Shown one piece after another: positions 37,761 through 51,721 of a DNA stretch of 64,000 nucleotides. The stretch is from Centroscyllium fabricii (taxonomy: Eukaryota): NCBI GenBank assembly GCA_051313645.2, contig JBNRSN020000013.1:558001-622000 (forward strand), in the 5' to 3' direction. Below the pieces are notes generated by a model, which was not told where the DNA came from, did not search any database, and saw only the letters and a program-made list of their open reading frames with translations. Numbering within the stretch: position 1 is the stretch's first letter; each line of letters opens with the position of its first letter. Position numbers and translations under genes: made by a program.

Positions 37761-38745
37761 GGAAACAGAATGCTGAACTAAGAATGGAGAATTATGTAAG
37801 TTGTGAATTCTGGGACTTCTAACAAGCCCATGTGAGACATCCTTTACACAGTTCCTAATGTATGATTTTGGAGTTGTACTGTACTTAATTTGAACAGACC
37901 TGCTTTCATTGTTTGTACAGTAGAGATCCTCATGCCTACTACATGTATACAAGATTGGTAATACAGCTACCTAAACATAATGGGGGTACAATAGTGGTTA
38001 TTGTCCAGAGATTGAGAGTTCAAATTGTGAAGTTAAATTTGATAAATCTGGTAATTTGTGGGCTGGCACCAGGGAAAATGACCATGAAAGCTCCCAGATT
38101 GTTGTACGATTTCTCCCTCAGCTCTTCCTCCCCGCCCAGAATGGAATCGCCTGCCAGCTCAGACTATCTTAGCTCCGTGATGAAGAGTGGCTACTTGGAT
38201 GAGATACTGCAGCATGTTTGGTACCCATGAAACTGCAATTTTAAAAAAATGACTCCTTGTTGCAATTTCTCATACTGTAATGGTTTACAAATCTTTTCTA
38301 CTGCTATAATTGGAGGAGGTACATTATGGTTAGATTTGCCTGTTGATTAAATTATTTAAAATTTCCCACATTGAACATTGGCCAATTCACTCTTGAAAAT
38401 GAACCAAGCAGTTTTTGAGTAACATTTGTACTTTGTAAGAAATCCCCTATTTTCAGATACATGAAGTTTAAAAAGTGTGCTTGAGATTTTTGTTCCAGGC
38501 ATATCGGGCAGTTTTTGTGCTTGTGTTAAGCTGTGGAATGGAACACACTTCCAACTTTAGCGCCTATTGTTAACATCAAAATATTCTGGTCAGGTAAAGG
38601 ACAGCTACAACACTGGCATCTATTTGACAATGTGGAAAACTGCCCAGGTATGTCCAGTCCACAAAAAGCAGGATAAATCCAATTTGGCAAATTACTGCCC
38701 CATCAGTCTACTCACAATCATCAAAGTGATGGAAGGTGTCTTACC

Positions 38746-41700
38746 ATAGAACATAAGAAATAGGAGCAGGAGTAGGCCATTCGGCCCCTCGAGCCTGCCC
38801 CGCCATTCAATAATATCATGGCTGATCTGATCTTGGCCTCAACGCCACTTTCCTGCCCGCTCCCCATAACCCTTCACTCCCCTGTAGCTCCAATATCTGT
38901 CTATCTCTGCCTTGAATATATTCAATGATTGTGCCTCCACAGCTCTCTGGGGTAGAGAATTCCAAAGACTCAAGACCCTCTGAGAGAAGAAATTCCTCCT
39001 CATCTCCGTTTTAAATGGGCGACCCCTTATTCTGAGACTCTGCCCCCAGCTCTAGATTCCCCCATGAGGGGAAACATCCTCCCTGCATCGACCCTGTCAA
39101 GTCCCCTCAGAATCTTATGTTTCAATAAGATCACCTCTCATTCTTCTAAACTCCAATGAGTTTCGGTCCAACCTGATCAACCTTTGTTCAAAAGACAACC
39201 CCTTCATCTCCGGAATCAACCTAGTGAACCTTGTCTGAATTGCCTCCAATGCAAGTATATCCCTCCCTAAATAAGGAGATCAAAACTGCCTGCAGTACTC
39301 CAAGTATGATCTTGCCAGCATCCTGTACAGTTGTAGCAAGACTTCCCTACTTTTATACTCCATTCCCCAACAATAAAGGCCAACATTCCATTTGCCTTCC
39401 TAATTACTTGCTGTACCTGCATGCTAACTTTTTGTGTTTCATGTACGAAGACCCCCAGATCCCTGTGTACCGCAGCATTATGTAGCCTCTTAATTTAAAA
39501 AAATAATTTGCTTTTTTATTTTTCCTTCCAAAGTGGATAACCTCACACTTTCCCACATTATACTCCCTGTTCCAAATTTTTGCCCACCACTGACGTCGCC
39601 TATCTATATCCCTTTGCAGACTGTGTCCTCCTCACAACTTGCTTTCCAACCTATCTCTGTATCATCAGCAAATTTAGCTGCAGTACACATGGTCCCTTCA
39701 CCCAAGTCATTAATATAGATTGTAAATAGTTGAGGCCCCAGCACTGATCCCTGTGGCACCCCACTAATTACTGATTGCCAACCGGAAAATGACCCATTTA
39801 TCTTTATTTTCTGTTAGTTAGCCAATCCTCTATCCGTGCTAATATATTATCCCCAACCCTGTGAGCTCTTATCGTGTGCAGTAACCTTTTATGTGGCATC
39901 TTATCGAATGCGTTCTGGAAATCCAAATACACAACATCTACTGGATCCCCTTTATCCACCCTGCTCATTACATCCTCAAAGAACTCTAGTAAATTTGTCA
40001 AACGTGATTTCCCTTTCTGACAATCAAGCAGAGTCCACATGGTTTTATTGTGATTCTCTAAATATCCTACTGCTATTTCCATAATAATGGATTCTAGCAT
40101 TTTCCCAGTGACAGATGTTAAGCTAACTGGCCAATAGTTTCCTGCTTTTTGCCTGCCTCCTTTCTTGAATAAGGGCGTTACCTTTGCGGTTTTCCAATCC
40201 GCTGGGACCCCTCCAGAATCCAGGGAATTTTGGTAGATTACAACCAACACATCCACTATTTCTGCAGCCACTTCTTTTAAAACACTAAGATGTAGGCCAT
40301 CCGGTTCAGGGGACTTGTCAGTCTTAAGTCCCATTAGTTTGCCTAGTACTTTTTCTCTGGTGATGGTGGTTGGTTTAAATTCCTCCCTCCCTATAGCCCC
40401 TTGATGATCTATTATTACTGGGATGCTTTCAGTGTCTTCTACCATGAAGACTGATCCAAAATAATTGTTTAGAGTCTCTGCCATTTCCCTGTTTCTCATT
40501 ATTATTTTCCCAGTCCCATCCTCTAAGGGACCAATGTTTACTTTAGCTACTCTCTTCCCTTTTATATACCTGTAGAAGCTCTTACTGTCTGTTTTTATAT
40601 TTTTTTGCTAGTCTAGTTTCATAATCTATCGGTCCCTCTTTATTTTGTAAGTCATCCTTTGCTGGTTTCTAAAATTTTTCCAATCTCCTGGCTTACCACT
40701 AATCTTTGCATCATTTTATGCCTTTTCTTTGAATTTGATACCATCCTTAACTTCCTTAGTTAGCCACGGATGGTTCATCCTTCTCGTAGAGTCTTTCTTT
40801 CTCACTGGAATAAACCTTTGCTGAAAGTCATGAAATATCTCCTTAAATGTCTGCCACTGCTTGTCTACCGTCTCACCCTTTAATCTATTTTTCCAGTCCT
40901 TGAACCTTTGTAATTGCCTTTATTTAAGTTTAGGACACTAGTTTCAGACCCAAGTTTCTCACCCTCAACCTCATATTATGATCACTCTTCCCTCGAGGAT
41001 CCTTTACTATGAGATCATTAATTAATCCCGTCTCATTACACATTAGCAGATCTAAAATAGCCTTCTCCCTGGTTGGTTCCACAACGTATTGTTCTAAGAA
41101 ACCATCCCGAACACATTCTATGAATTCGTTCTCAAGGCTACCCATGCCAATTTGATTTGTCCAATCTATATGAAGATTAAAATCACCCATGATTATTGTA
41201 GTGCCTTTCTTACACGCCCCTATTATTTCTTGATTTATACTCTGTCCGAGAGTGTAGCTGCTGTTAGGGGGCTTATAGCCTACTCTCACAAGTGACTTCT
41301 TTCCCATACTATTTCTTATCTCCACCCAAATTGATTCTACATCTTGATCTTCTGAGCCAGTATCATTCCTCACCACTGCAGTGATCTCATCCTTTATTAA
41401 CAGAGCTACCCCACCTCCTTTTCCTTTCTGCGTATCCTTCCAAAATGTCTCATACCCCTGAATATTCAGTTCCCAGCCTTGGTCACCTTACAACCCCGTC
41501 TCTGTAATGGGTATCAGATCATACCCATTTATTTCTATTTGTGCTATCAACTCATCTATCTTGTCAGGAATGCTGTGTGCATTCAGATAAAGAGCTTTTA
41601 ATTTTTTCTTTATACCAATTATTACCTACTCTGAAACTATTTTCTGGTGCACGGTTATGTTCGTATGCTTTGTCTCCTCCTGTCACACTGGTTATCATTA

Positions 41701-41790
41701 CCCCGATCTACCTTGCACTATTGCCGCCTTCTTTCTCTTTGACATTCTAAATTCCACTTTATCTGAACCTCTCGCCCACTATTTAGTTTA
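38746..41790 (-). mobile_element. Degenerate CR1 LINE ORF2, near full length
   Basis: IMGDFN and SDH endonuclease motifs, KSPEPDGL and YLDFQNAFD RT motifs, 3' tail at 38746. It splits an older LINE fragment (38597-38745 and 41812-42230). Confidence 0.9.
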
Positions 41791-42314
41791 AAGCCCTATC
41801 TTCCGCCATAGTGGCACATACTCACCAATAACCTGCTCATTGATACCCAGTTTGGGTTCCGCCAGGACCACTCTGCTCCCGACATCATTACAGCCTTGGT
41901 CCAAACATGGACAAAGGAGCTGAATTTCAGAGGTGAGGTGAGAGTGACTGTCCTTGACGTCAAGGTAGCATTTGACCAGGTGTGGCACTAAGGAGCCCTA
42001 GGAAATCTGAAGTCAAGGGAGGGGGGGAACTCTCCACTGGCTGGAGTCATACCTAGCACAAAGGAAGATGGTTGTGGTGGTTGAAGGCCAATCATCACAG
42101 CCCCAGGACATCGCTGCAGGAGTTCCTCAGGGCAGTGTCCTGGGCCCAACCACCTTCTCAAGGCCAATTAGAGATGGGCAGTAAATGCTGGCCATACTAG
42201 CAATGGCCAGATCCCATGAACGAATTTGAAATGGGAACATTCAGTATTTTTTAAAATCATTCCTGGGATGTGGGTGTCGCTGGCAAGGATAACATTTATA
42301 GCCCATCCCTAATT

Positions 42315-42772
42315 GCTCAGTTGGTCACACCATCGCCTCTGAGCCAGAAGGTTGTGGGTTCAACTCCCACTCCAGAGACTTGAGCACAAAAATCTGGGCT
42401 GACACGCCAGTGCAGTATTGAGAGAGTGCTGCATTGTCAGAGTTGCTATCTTTCGGATGAGACGTTAAACCGAGGCTCCGTCTGTGTTCTCAGGTGGCTG
42501 CAAAAGATCACATGGCACTATTCAAAGAAGAGCTGGGGAGTTATCCCTGGTGTCTTGGCCAATATTTATCCCTCAATCGACATCACTAAAACAGTTTATC
42601 TGGTCATTACCACGTTGCTGCTTTTTGGGAACTTGCTGTGCGCAAATTGGCTGCCGCATTTACTACGTTACAACAGTGACTACGCATCAAAAAGTACTTC
42701 ATTGGCTGTAAAGCGCTTTGGGTCGTTTGGTGGTCGTGAAAGGCACTATAGAAATGCAAGTCATTATTTTTA
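42315..42772 (+). mobile_element. DeuSINE (SacSINE1-like), near full length
   Basis: tRNA-like head (GCTCAGTTGG, GGGTTCAACTCCC), Deu domain, and GAAAGGCACTATAGAAATGCAAG tail. Confidence 0.75.
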
Positions 42773-43694
42773 TTGGTTATCGCTTAATAGCACCTTCCAT
42801 TGAGAGTAGGCTGATGGGATGGTAATTGGCCAGATTGGATTTGTCCTGCTTTTTGTGGACAGGACATACCTGGGCAATTTTCCACTTTGTCAGGTCGATG
42901 CCAGCGTTGTAGCTGTACTGGAACAGTTTGCAGTAAATGCTTCTAGATTTTCCCCACTTCAAAATGTTCTCTCTCAATCTGTTATACGCCATTCTTCAGA
43001 TGAGGGAGAAGGTAGGTGGTCTCGATTCTGTAGCTAGATATTAAGTGATGTGCAAGAATGGGTTGACTCATCCTCTAATTTGAAAAATGTTGTTTTTGCA
43101 GAGGAATTGCATTACCTCTGTTCTGCATCTCACTAGCCCAGGCCAAGGTCAGCACTTGCCGTGAGGGAAATTACAGGCACAAACCTGTTGAGTTGCTTTT
43201 ATTTAAAATGCTTCTTGCTTTGCATGCAGTCCAGACCCTAATGTGATTACAGACGAAAACTATTTTGAATAAATTTTCTCAACTTTTCCTGCATTTTTGC
43301 TTCCCCCTTCTCTGGCCTCCCTTTGTTGAAAGCTATTATTTTATTTGAAGTTGTGTTATAGGCACTCTGTATTTGAGAGCTGGCTCCCTATATTTATGTT
43401 GATAAATCCATTTTCCATAGCCCAGTGGCAGACTTGTCAGCCCAGACTAACCACTGGCTCATCCATATTACAACCCATATTGAAAGAAAAGTATAACTCC
43501 AGGTAAAGTTATCTATCTTTCATTTATGGAAAAGTAACTGACCTCTGCTTGTAACTTTGTAGGAGAAATGTCATAAAAATGCACTGGGATATGGAGTCTG
43601 AGTACCTGGGAATTATTTTTAGACTGTAAATGGAAAGATTTTCTTGCAATGATTATCAGTGTAGAAATCACTCCCATCAGTCCTTTTCTTTATA

Positions 43695-43967
43695 CAGGTC
43701 CGACACCGTTAATCTGGCACCGTCAGGACCAGGCCGGTGCCGGACTAGTGAAAAATCCGAATGACTGAAACTTCAGTGAGTGCATGTGCAGACCATTCAA
43801 AATGGTCACTGCATACGCGCAGACCATTCAAAATGGCCGCCGCGCACGCGCAGACCATTCAAAATGGCCACTGTGCATGCGCAGACCAGTCGGGGAGAGG
43901 CCCGGATTCGTACCGGCCGACTGAAGTTTCCGGATTAACGGTGTCCGGATTAACGGTGCCGGACCTG
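43695..43967. mobile_element. Tc1/mariner-pogo (Tigger-like) MITE
   Basis: TA-flanked TIRs CAGGTCCGACACCGTTAATC / GATTAACGGTGCCGGACCTG. Three internal ~30-bp repeats. Confidence 0.85.
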
Positions 43968-45132
43968 TATAAATCTGTTCCACTCATGCTGCAATTTAAT
44001 CATTGTTTATTTAGCTGGAGGTGGGTATACTGGCAGACAGTGGCTGGTGCTTTCCATGATCCATGGTTATAATGTAATGGCTGTAAATCTGAATGATAAA
44101 TCATTTATATAACTATTTCAAAAATCTATCTTTTTTTCTCAATCCCTCTTCCCTGCTCTCGCTTTTTTTCTCTCTTGATTGCTCCTTCTTTCTTTTCTCT
44201 CTCCCCTCTCTCCTGCTCCTCTCTCCCACTCCCCCCTCTCCCCTTTTTTATACCTTTTTCTTACCCCTTCTATGTGAAAATCCACACATTTCTGCATTGC
44301 CTAATACAGCACCATACAAAGTGAATTTTTATGAGCTTATCAGTAACTAGTTATAACAAGGTATTTTTACATTGAACTATGCAACGCCCCTACTTTGTTA
44401 CCTTATCAATAGTTTCACTCTTGTTCTATTCTACCAAGTGGGACTTCTAATTATAAATCTGTACTATTTCATACCAATCTCCTGCTTGTAAAAAGGATGA
44501 TGTATTCGCCTGTGTTTCCATCTGCAGAACTTATCAACTAATTAAAGTTCTCTGAAATGTATGCACTGAAATGTCATAGTCATAGAGTAATACAGCACAG
44601 AAAGAGGCCCTTCGGCCTATCGTGTCCGTGCCGCCCATCAATCCCAGTCTATACTAGTCCCATTTTCCCGCATTTGGTCCGTAGCCTTGTATGCTGTGGC
44701 ATTTCTGTTACGTCCTTACAACGGGGTAAGGTAAGTAATCAAAACACAAGATCTCCAAGACAGGTACAGAGCTGTTTATTAATCGTCGCTCACCTAGAAG
44801 TGAAACTATGTCGCTCCACGCTGCCCCTTTTGTACAAGTTGTGGCCAAGCGTGGTATTGCACCTAAGGGAGTTCGGAGTGTCACATGACCCTCACTTGTA
44901 GTGTCGTGTGCATACACAACATTCCTCCCCCTTAATTTGATGGTCGGGGACGACAACACAATTATTATACAGAAAAAGAGAATAATAGTAACATAGCAAC
45001 AATAATAATAAGAATAACAACAATCATTAACAACAGTAACAAGGCAAAAAAAATATTTCATACAACAACCAACATTTTTACACAACGCATGTGATTGCTA
45101 CTGGCGGTACCCGCCACAAAAGAACTAATACA

Positions 45133-48100
45133 TTACAGATTCAGTCTGTCTGGGGGCCGCCGTACCCGTTGTGGGTAGCGTCTTTGCACAGCCGGAGCTG
45201 CCCCGGGGACTGGTGGCCCCTCCAAAATAATGAGTTCAGAGTCAGTGTCAGAGTCCCCCTCACTAATGTGTTCCCTTGGAGGTATGGCAGTCGTTCTGGT
45301 GTTTGTGATAGTTTTGTTACTCCCACTGGCCTGCGACGTGTCAACTGGGACCGGGGCCTCTACTATCTGGTCGGTGTGGCGGCGGATGAGTCCAGCCGCC
45401 GTGTCCACCGTGTATGTTAGGGGCCCCTGTTCGTGGATGGTGCCGGGTTGCCACTTTACACCTTGTTGGTCCCGGTAGTCCCGGACCATGACTTGTTGCC
45501 CTACTGTGAAGTTTCTGGTCTCCCTGCCTGGGGCCTGATTAAATATCCGGCGCTCCACGTCCCTGCGAATCTCCGGCTTTACCAGGTCTAACCTGGATTG
45601 CAGCCTCCTGTTTAAAAACAACACTGCTGGTGGCTGGTTAGTTATGGCGTGTGCCGCATTACGGTACGCGAACAGGAAATTGTCAATTTTGTGCTGCAAT
45701 GGCAGCTTTTCGCCTCTCATTGCTTTTAAGGCCTTTTTAAAGGTTTGTACAAACCGTTCGGCCAACCCATTTGTGGCCGGGTGATATGGTGCCGACTTGT
45801 AGTGTCGTACACCATTTCGCTTGAGGAACAGCTGAAATTCCTCAAACAAATTGTGGACCATTGTCCAAACAAATCTGCTCAGGAATGCCGTTCCTCGCAA
45901 AAATGGTGCGAAGCACCTCCACTGTTCTTGTCGAGGTGGTGGAAGTCATTTTTATCACTTCCGGCCACTTTGAGTGGGCATCGACCACTATTAAGAACAT
46001 GGAGTCCATAAATGGCCCGGCGAAGTACACGTGGACTCGCTGCCATGGGGACGATGGCCACTCCCAGGGATGTAGTGGGCCGCGGGGTGGTATGTTTTGG
46101 ACCTCTTGGCACCCGTGACATTGTTTGGCCAAACTTTCTATGTCCTTATCTATTCCTGGCCACCAGACATATGACCTGGCCAGGGATTTCATTTTTACAC
46201 CCCCCAGGTGGCCCTCGTGCAGGTCGATCAGCACTTTATCCTGTAATTTCTTGGGAATGACCACCCCAGCCCCGCACATTAGTGTCCCTCTGCAGACAGA
46301 CAGTTGTTCCTTTCGTGCTGCAAAGGCTGGCCATTGTGTTTGGTCCTCCTTGGACCACCCATTGATCGTGATCTCATAAATTTTCGAGAGTACCACATCA
46401 TTTTTGGTAGCCTGTTCAATCTGCTGGCTTGTGACTGGTAGCTGTTGTATCAGTGCTATGTGGTACATATCTAATGGATCGGACCCCCCTGGGGCCTCCG
46501 GCAACGGTAGGCGTGATAACCCATCAGCATTGCCGTGTTGGTTTGTTCCTTTATGCTCGATTGAGTATTGATGGGCCCCAAGGAACAAGGCCCACCTTTG
46601 TAACCGTTGTGCCGTCATTTGGGGCACTCCCTTACTCGGGTGGAATATGGAAACCAGGGTGATGAGGGTGAAACGCTGGCCATGAAGGTACTGGTGGAAT
46701 TTCTTGACCCCCCACACGAGGCTCAGTGCTTCACGATCAATTTGAGCGTAATTGCGCTCGGCCTTGGTTAAGGACTTGGAGGCAAACGCTATGGGCCTTT
46801 CGGTCTATGCCATAGGGCGAGGCATCGCAGGCCAAGCAGATGGGGAGTTTTGGGTCGAAGTGGACCAGTACTTTTGTGGAAGTAATGAGTCTTTTGCTTT
46901 CTTGGAAAGCTGCGGAACAGGCGGAGTCCCAATTCCAATCGACGCCTGTCTGCAGCAAGGCGCTCAAGGGGTGGAGCACTGAGGATAGGTTTGGCAAAAA
47001 TTTATGATAATTTATCAGTCCTAAGAATGAGCGTAATTGGGCTACATTCTGTGAAGTTGGGGCCTTGACCACCGCCTCGATCTTTTCGGGTGCCTTGTGT
47101 AGCCCTTCTTTATCGATTTCGTGGCCACAATATGAGATGCGGTCCTGGAAAAATTCGCATTTTTCCTTGTTGACACGCAACCCATATTGGTCCAATCTTG
47201 CCAACACCTGTTGGAGATTTTCTAAGTGCTCCTCCTCGGACCGGCCGGTCACGAGGATGTCATCAAGGTAACATTGTGTTCCCTTGATCCCCTGTAAGAC
47301 TTGATCCATGGCCCTCTGCCAAATGGCCGGGGCCGAGGCGACACCAAAGACCAAGCGGTTGTATCGATATAACCCTTTATGGGTATTGATCGTGAGGAGC
47401 TCCCTAGACTCCGGTTCCACTTCCATTTGGAGGTACGCCTTTGCCAGATCAATTTTGGTAAATTGTTGGCCCCCCGCTAGTGATGCAAAAATGTCAGCGA
47501 TTCGCGGTAGCGGGTACTGTGTGACCTTTAGTACGGGATTTATCGTGATTTTAAAATCCCCACAGATCCGGACTTTCCCTGTTTTATCCTCTGTGTCCCT
47601 TTTTAACCACAGGAACAATGGGTGTAGCCCAATCGCTCCATTCAACTTTTGTGAGAACCCCCTCCTCCAGTGCCTGCAGTTCGGCTTCGACTGCCGGTCT
47701 AATGGTGTACGGTACCTGTCTTGCTTTGGCAAAGTGGGGTATTGCGTCGCGCTCTATTGTGATTCTGGCCTTAATGTTTTCGAGTTTCCCGAGGCCCTGC
47801 TGAAAAACCCTGGGGCTTCGGCCAATAATCTCCGCGAGTCTTTCCTTGACGTTTCCGGAAGGTTGTGAGCCTTTGCCCACTTGTAGCTTGTAAACTGTGC
47901 TCCAATCGAGCTGGATTCTCCTGATCCACTCACGGCCCAACAATGGGGGCCCACCATTCCGTAGAACATAGAGGAACAGACCGCGCACCTGTTTACCCCG
48001 GTACCTTGCGTTTACGGCCAATTTCCCCAGTGTCTGTCCCGTGTAAGTTTTAATTACTATGGACGATTTCTGTAGGGGAATAAAATTAAAAAGTTAATAT

Positions 48101-49293
48101 TGTAGAGGCATGCAGGGCCGAAGAACCACACTGGACACGGGATTCGGAAAATTATCATTTAATGTTGTTACAGCTAGGGCCAGGTGGAAAAGAGACTGAG
48201 CCACCTGGAGCCCAGGTATTTAAAGGTCCCGCGGCAGGTGACGTCACTGCCGGGTATACACCTGGCGACGTCATCACGCCGGAAGTCGCGGCGACGTCAG
48301 TACGCCGCTCGGTGGGCGGGGCCGTCTTGCAGCGCTCCCGAGGCGGATTCGGTGTTGTTGGTGGGCGTGTTGCCACAATATAATCATGTTCATTTATGAC
48401 CGAGAGCGCCGACCCGGTGTCGAGTTCCATTTTAATTGGCACAGTCGCCACCCTTAATTCGATCCACATGACCTTTCGGTCAGTCATATTGTCCAGGGTG
48501 TTGACTTGCAGGCTTCCAAGCCTTTCTTCTAGCTCGAGGTGTCCTTCATCTGAACTGGCATCGGACAGTTTATTTAATCTTTTAATTGTCCCCGTTCTGG
48601 GAGACCTCTCAGGGCGTCTGCTGGCCTTCTTAGAGCGGCAAACCGCCGCAATATGGCCTTCCCCCAATTCCTACAGTCTTTATCGCGAAACCAGCACTGG
48701 GCTTGGTCGTGGGTTTGTTTACCGCAGCGATAGCATTTACTTGTGTTTGCTAACACCCGGTGTGTCTTGCAGGTGGCGGCCTTGTTTTTAAATTCTGCCG
48801 CTCACGCCGCTGCTGATTCATACGCGGTGGCTATCTGTACTGCCTGGTCTAAAGTCAAGGTCTCTTTAGTTAATAGCTTCCTCTGTGTGGCTTCGTCCTT
48901 CATACCACAGACGTAGCGGTCTCTAATATAGTTCTCAAGCTCGTCTTGAAATTTGCAATGTATTGCGAGCCGCCGCAGTTCTTTTAAATATTGAGCCAGT
49001 GATTCATCATTGGTCTGATCCCGTTTAAAAAATGTAAACCTTTCGGCGATGAATGGTGGCGTTGGGTTTAAATAAGCTTGCAGCGCCTGTCCAATTTGTG
49101 TTATTGAAGCTTCAGCGGGTTTAATAGGGTTCTGACTAACCCATAGGTATCTGGCCCGATTGCGTTTTAAAAGAGTTAAAACTTTTTGTTCTTCTACTTC
49201 TTTAACAGAGCAGTATATTTCAAACCGTTCCATATAAGCTTCCCACGCTTCATGGTGTACTCTAAAAGGTCCCAGCATATTTGCTGTCGCCAT
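45133..49293 (-). pseudogene. Gag-Pol of the minus-strand Gypsy element, multiply frameshifted
   Basis: Gag IAERFTF and zinc knuckle CYRCGKQTHDQAQC; PR ELDTGSA; RT KIDLAKAY and YLDD; RNase H CDASPYG; IN HEGHLG, DNGPQF, NGLAERFV. Confidence 0.93.
48101..48377 (-). mobile_element. Solo LTR (277 bp) nested in the protease region, related to the 18720 LTR family
   Basis: TG...CA ends, TSD ATAT. Minus strand TGTGGCAACACGCCCAC...CACCGAATCCGCC...ACTTCCGGCGTGATGACGTC is shared with the 18720 LTR. Confidence 0.9.
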
Positions 49294-50016
49294 TTTTCTT
49301 ACTTTTTTTTCTTTTCCAAAAAAAAAATGGCGGATCTTCTCGCGATTTTTCTGCAAAATGGCGATTTTCGCGCCCTTTTTCCTCCGTCCCCCCCTTGTCT
49401 TCTTACCCTCTTATGGTCGCTGTAGCAGGATGCCCCGTGAGGATCGCCCCGCACTTCGGGAAGAGATCGGGGCAAATGGTGCACCCGGCCTCGTGGCTGC
49501 TGCTGCGCCGTCGCGGGTCGGTGTGAGGGGTAAACGAAAAACCGCCGCTGTATCTGGTCCTCTGCAGCTGTGGCTGGTGCCCGCTCGTTTGCTCCCGTGG
49601 AAGGTTGTTTCCCACGCCTGGGACTTGTTGAGGGTCGCTCTCTGGACCCTTGTAGCTGTAGAAGGCCACTTCACTGCCGATTTTGCAGTGAATGGTGGTG
49701 GAGACTGGAGATTTTTCCAAACTTGCTGTTTCTTCGATTTTCGCCGCCTCCGTGGGAGGGTCGCCGGCGTGTTAGACGGTTCTACCGACCTCGTCGCCAA
49801 TGTTACGTCCTTACAACGGGGTAAGGTAAGTAATCAAAACACAAGATCTCCAAGACAGGTACAGAGCTGTTTATTAATCGTCGCTCACCTAGAAGTGAAA
49901 CTATGTCGCTCCACGCTGCCCCTTTTGTACAAGCTGTGGCCAAGCGTGGTATTGCACCTAAGGGAGTTCTGAGTGTCACATGACCCTCACTTGTAGTGTC
50001 GTGTGCATACACAACA

Positions 50017-51004
50017 ATTTCAAGTGCTCATCCAAATGCTTTTTGAATGTTGTGAGGGTTCCCGCCGCTACCACCCTCTCAGGCAGTGAGTTCCAGACTC
50101 CAACCACCCTCTGGGTGAAAAAGTTCTTCCTCACATCCCCACGATACCTCCTGCCCCTTACCCTAAAATTATGCCCCCTAGTTATTGACCCCTCAACCAA
50201 GGGAAAAAGTTCCACTCCATCCACCTTCTCTATTCCCCTCATAATTTTGTATACCTCAATCAGGTCTCCCCTCAGCCTCCTCTGCTCCAAGGAAAACAAC
50301 CCCAGCCTCTTCAGTCTCCCTTCATAGCTGAAGTTCCCCAGCCCAGGCAGCATCCTGGTGAATCTCCTCTGCACCCTCTCCAAAGCTATTACATCCTTCC
50401 TATAGTGTGGCGACCAGAACTGCACACAGTACTCCAGCTGTGGTCTTACCAGCGTTTTGTACAGCTCCATCATAACCTCCCTGCTCTTGCCTTCATTAGC
50501 CGAGGCATAGAATATAAGTATCCCATATGCCTTTTTAACCACCTTATCCACCTGTCCGGCTGCCTTCAGGGACCTATGTACCTGCACACCAAGGTCCCTC
50601 TGATCCTCTGTCCTCCCTAGCGTCCTACCATTCATGGTGTACTCCCTTGCCATGTTAGACCTACTGAAATGCATCACCACACACTTTTCAGGATTAGATT
50701 CCATTTGCCACTTCTCCGCCCATCTTACCAACTCATCTATGTCGTCCTGCATGTTGTGGATTTCCTCCTCAGTATTTTCCAACCCCCCAACTTTTGTGTC
50801 ATCTGCAAACTTACTAATCATGCCTTTTACATTAATATCTAAATCATTAATATAGACTACAAACAGCAAGGGACCCAACACCGATCCCTGCGGTACACCA
50901 CTGGACACAGGCTTCCAGTCACAAAAACAACCTTCGACCATCACCCTCTGCCTCCTGTCACTAAGCCAGTTTTGGATCCCATGGGCTCTTACCTTCTTGA
51001 CCAT
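50017..51004 (-). mobile_element. CR1 LINE RT fragment; its 3' tail is displaced to 44575-44705 by the Gypsy insertion
   Basis: [18 protein letters not shown] and [11 protein letters not shown] in one open frame. Confidence 0.92.
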
Positions 51005-51721
51005 GTCCTTTTAATTATGTTCTAAACTGACCATTGCTTTAAGCTCCGTCTTAATTCAACTGTTCAATAGGCACTGCATCTGAATTAACTTATACTTATT
51101 CACTTAACAGGCTAAAGGTTAATATTACTAAAATTTAAAGAGAAATCAATAGCAGTATAACATTAGCAGACTTCAGGACCACCTTTCCTTACAGATGGAC
51201 ACTAGCAAAACTATGATTTTAGTCTTTACTGAGTGAGTAGCTATACTAGGAGCTCTTTACGAGAGGCATGGTGAGCAATGTAGTTTGCTATAAAATGTTA
51301 GTCATTTCATTCATCCTCCAGAGTACAGTATGGATTTTCCATTGCACAGTAGTTTCACCAGTTAAGGTGTGCAGAATGTCCGGGGCAGCTGCTTCTCTCT
51401 GTACAATGCAGTCATGATGGGCGTCAAACTCTGGCCATATGAACATGTTCTAATATCTGGCCTCAAAATGACGCCTTCCAGAGTCTTCAATCTGAGTTTC
51501 TTCATCAGCTACATGAGGGACATCTGCTTTTTTGCATGGCAGAAAGCAGCTTGCATCCTGATGGTCAACTTCATGTTATAGATAGAATCATAGAAGCTTG
51601 TGCACAGAAGGGGACCATTTGGCCTGTCGTACCTGTGCTGGCTCTTGAAAGAGCAGTTGTGCTTATTCCCCCCCCCCCCCCCCTTTGGTCTGTAATCCTG
51701 TAAGTTCTTCATCCTCAAGTA

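Larger units (their letters stand above)
44706..50016 (-). mobile_element. Full-length Gypsy LTR retrotransposon with disrupted gag-pol
   Basis: 216-bp LTRs at 44706-44921 and 49801-50016 (2 differences seen). TSD ATTTC. PBS TGGCGACGAGG at 49799-49789 (tRNA-Ser type). PPT at 44922-44933. Confidence 0.96.

Noticed and set aside
38597-42935. Inverted pair 38597-38740 and 42790-42935 suggesting a large TIR element
   Set aside because: Both are diverged internal RT fragments of a common LINE, and no TSD was seen.
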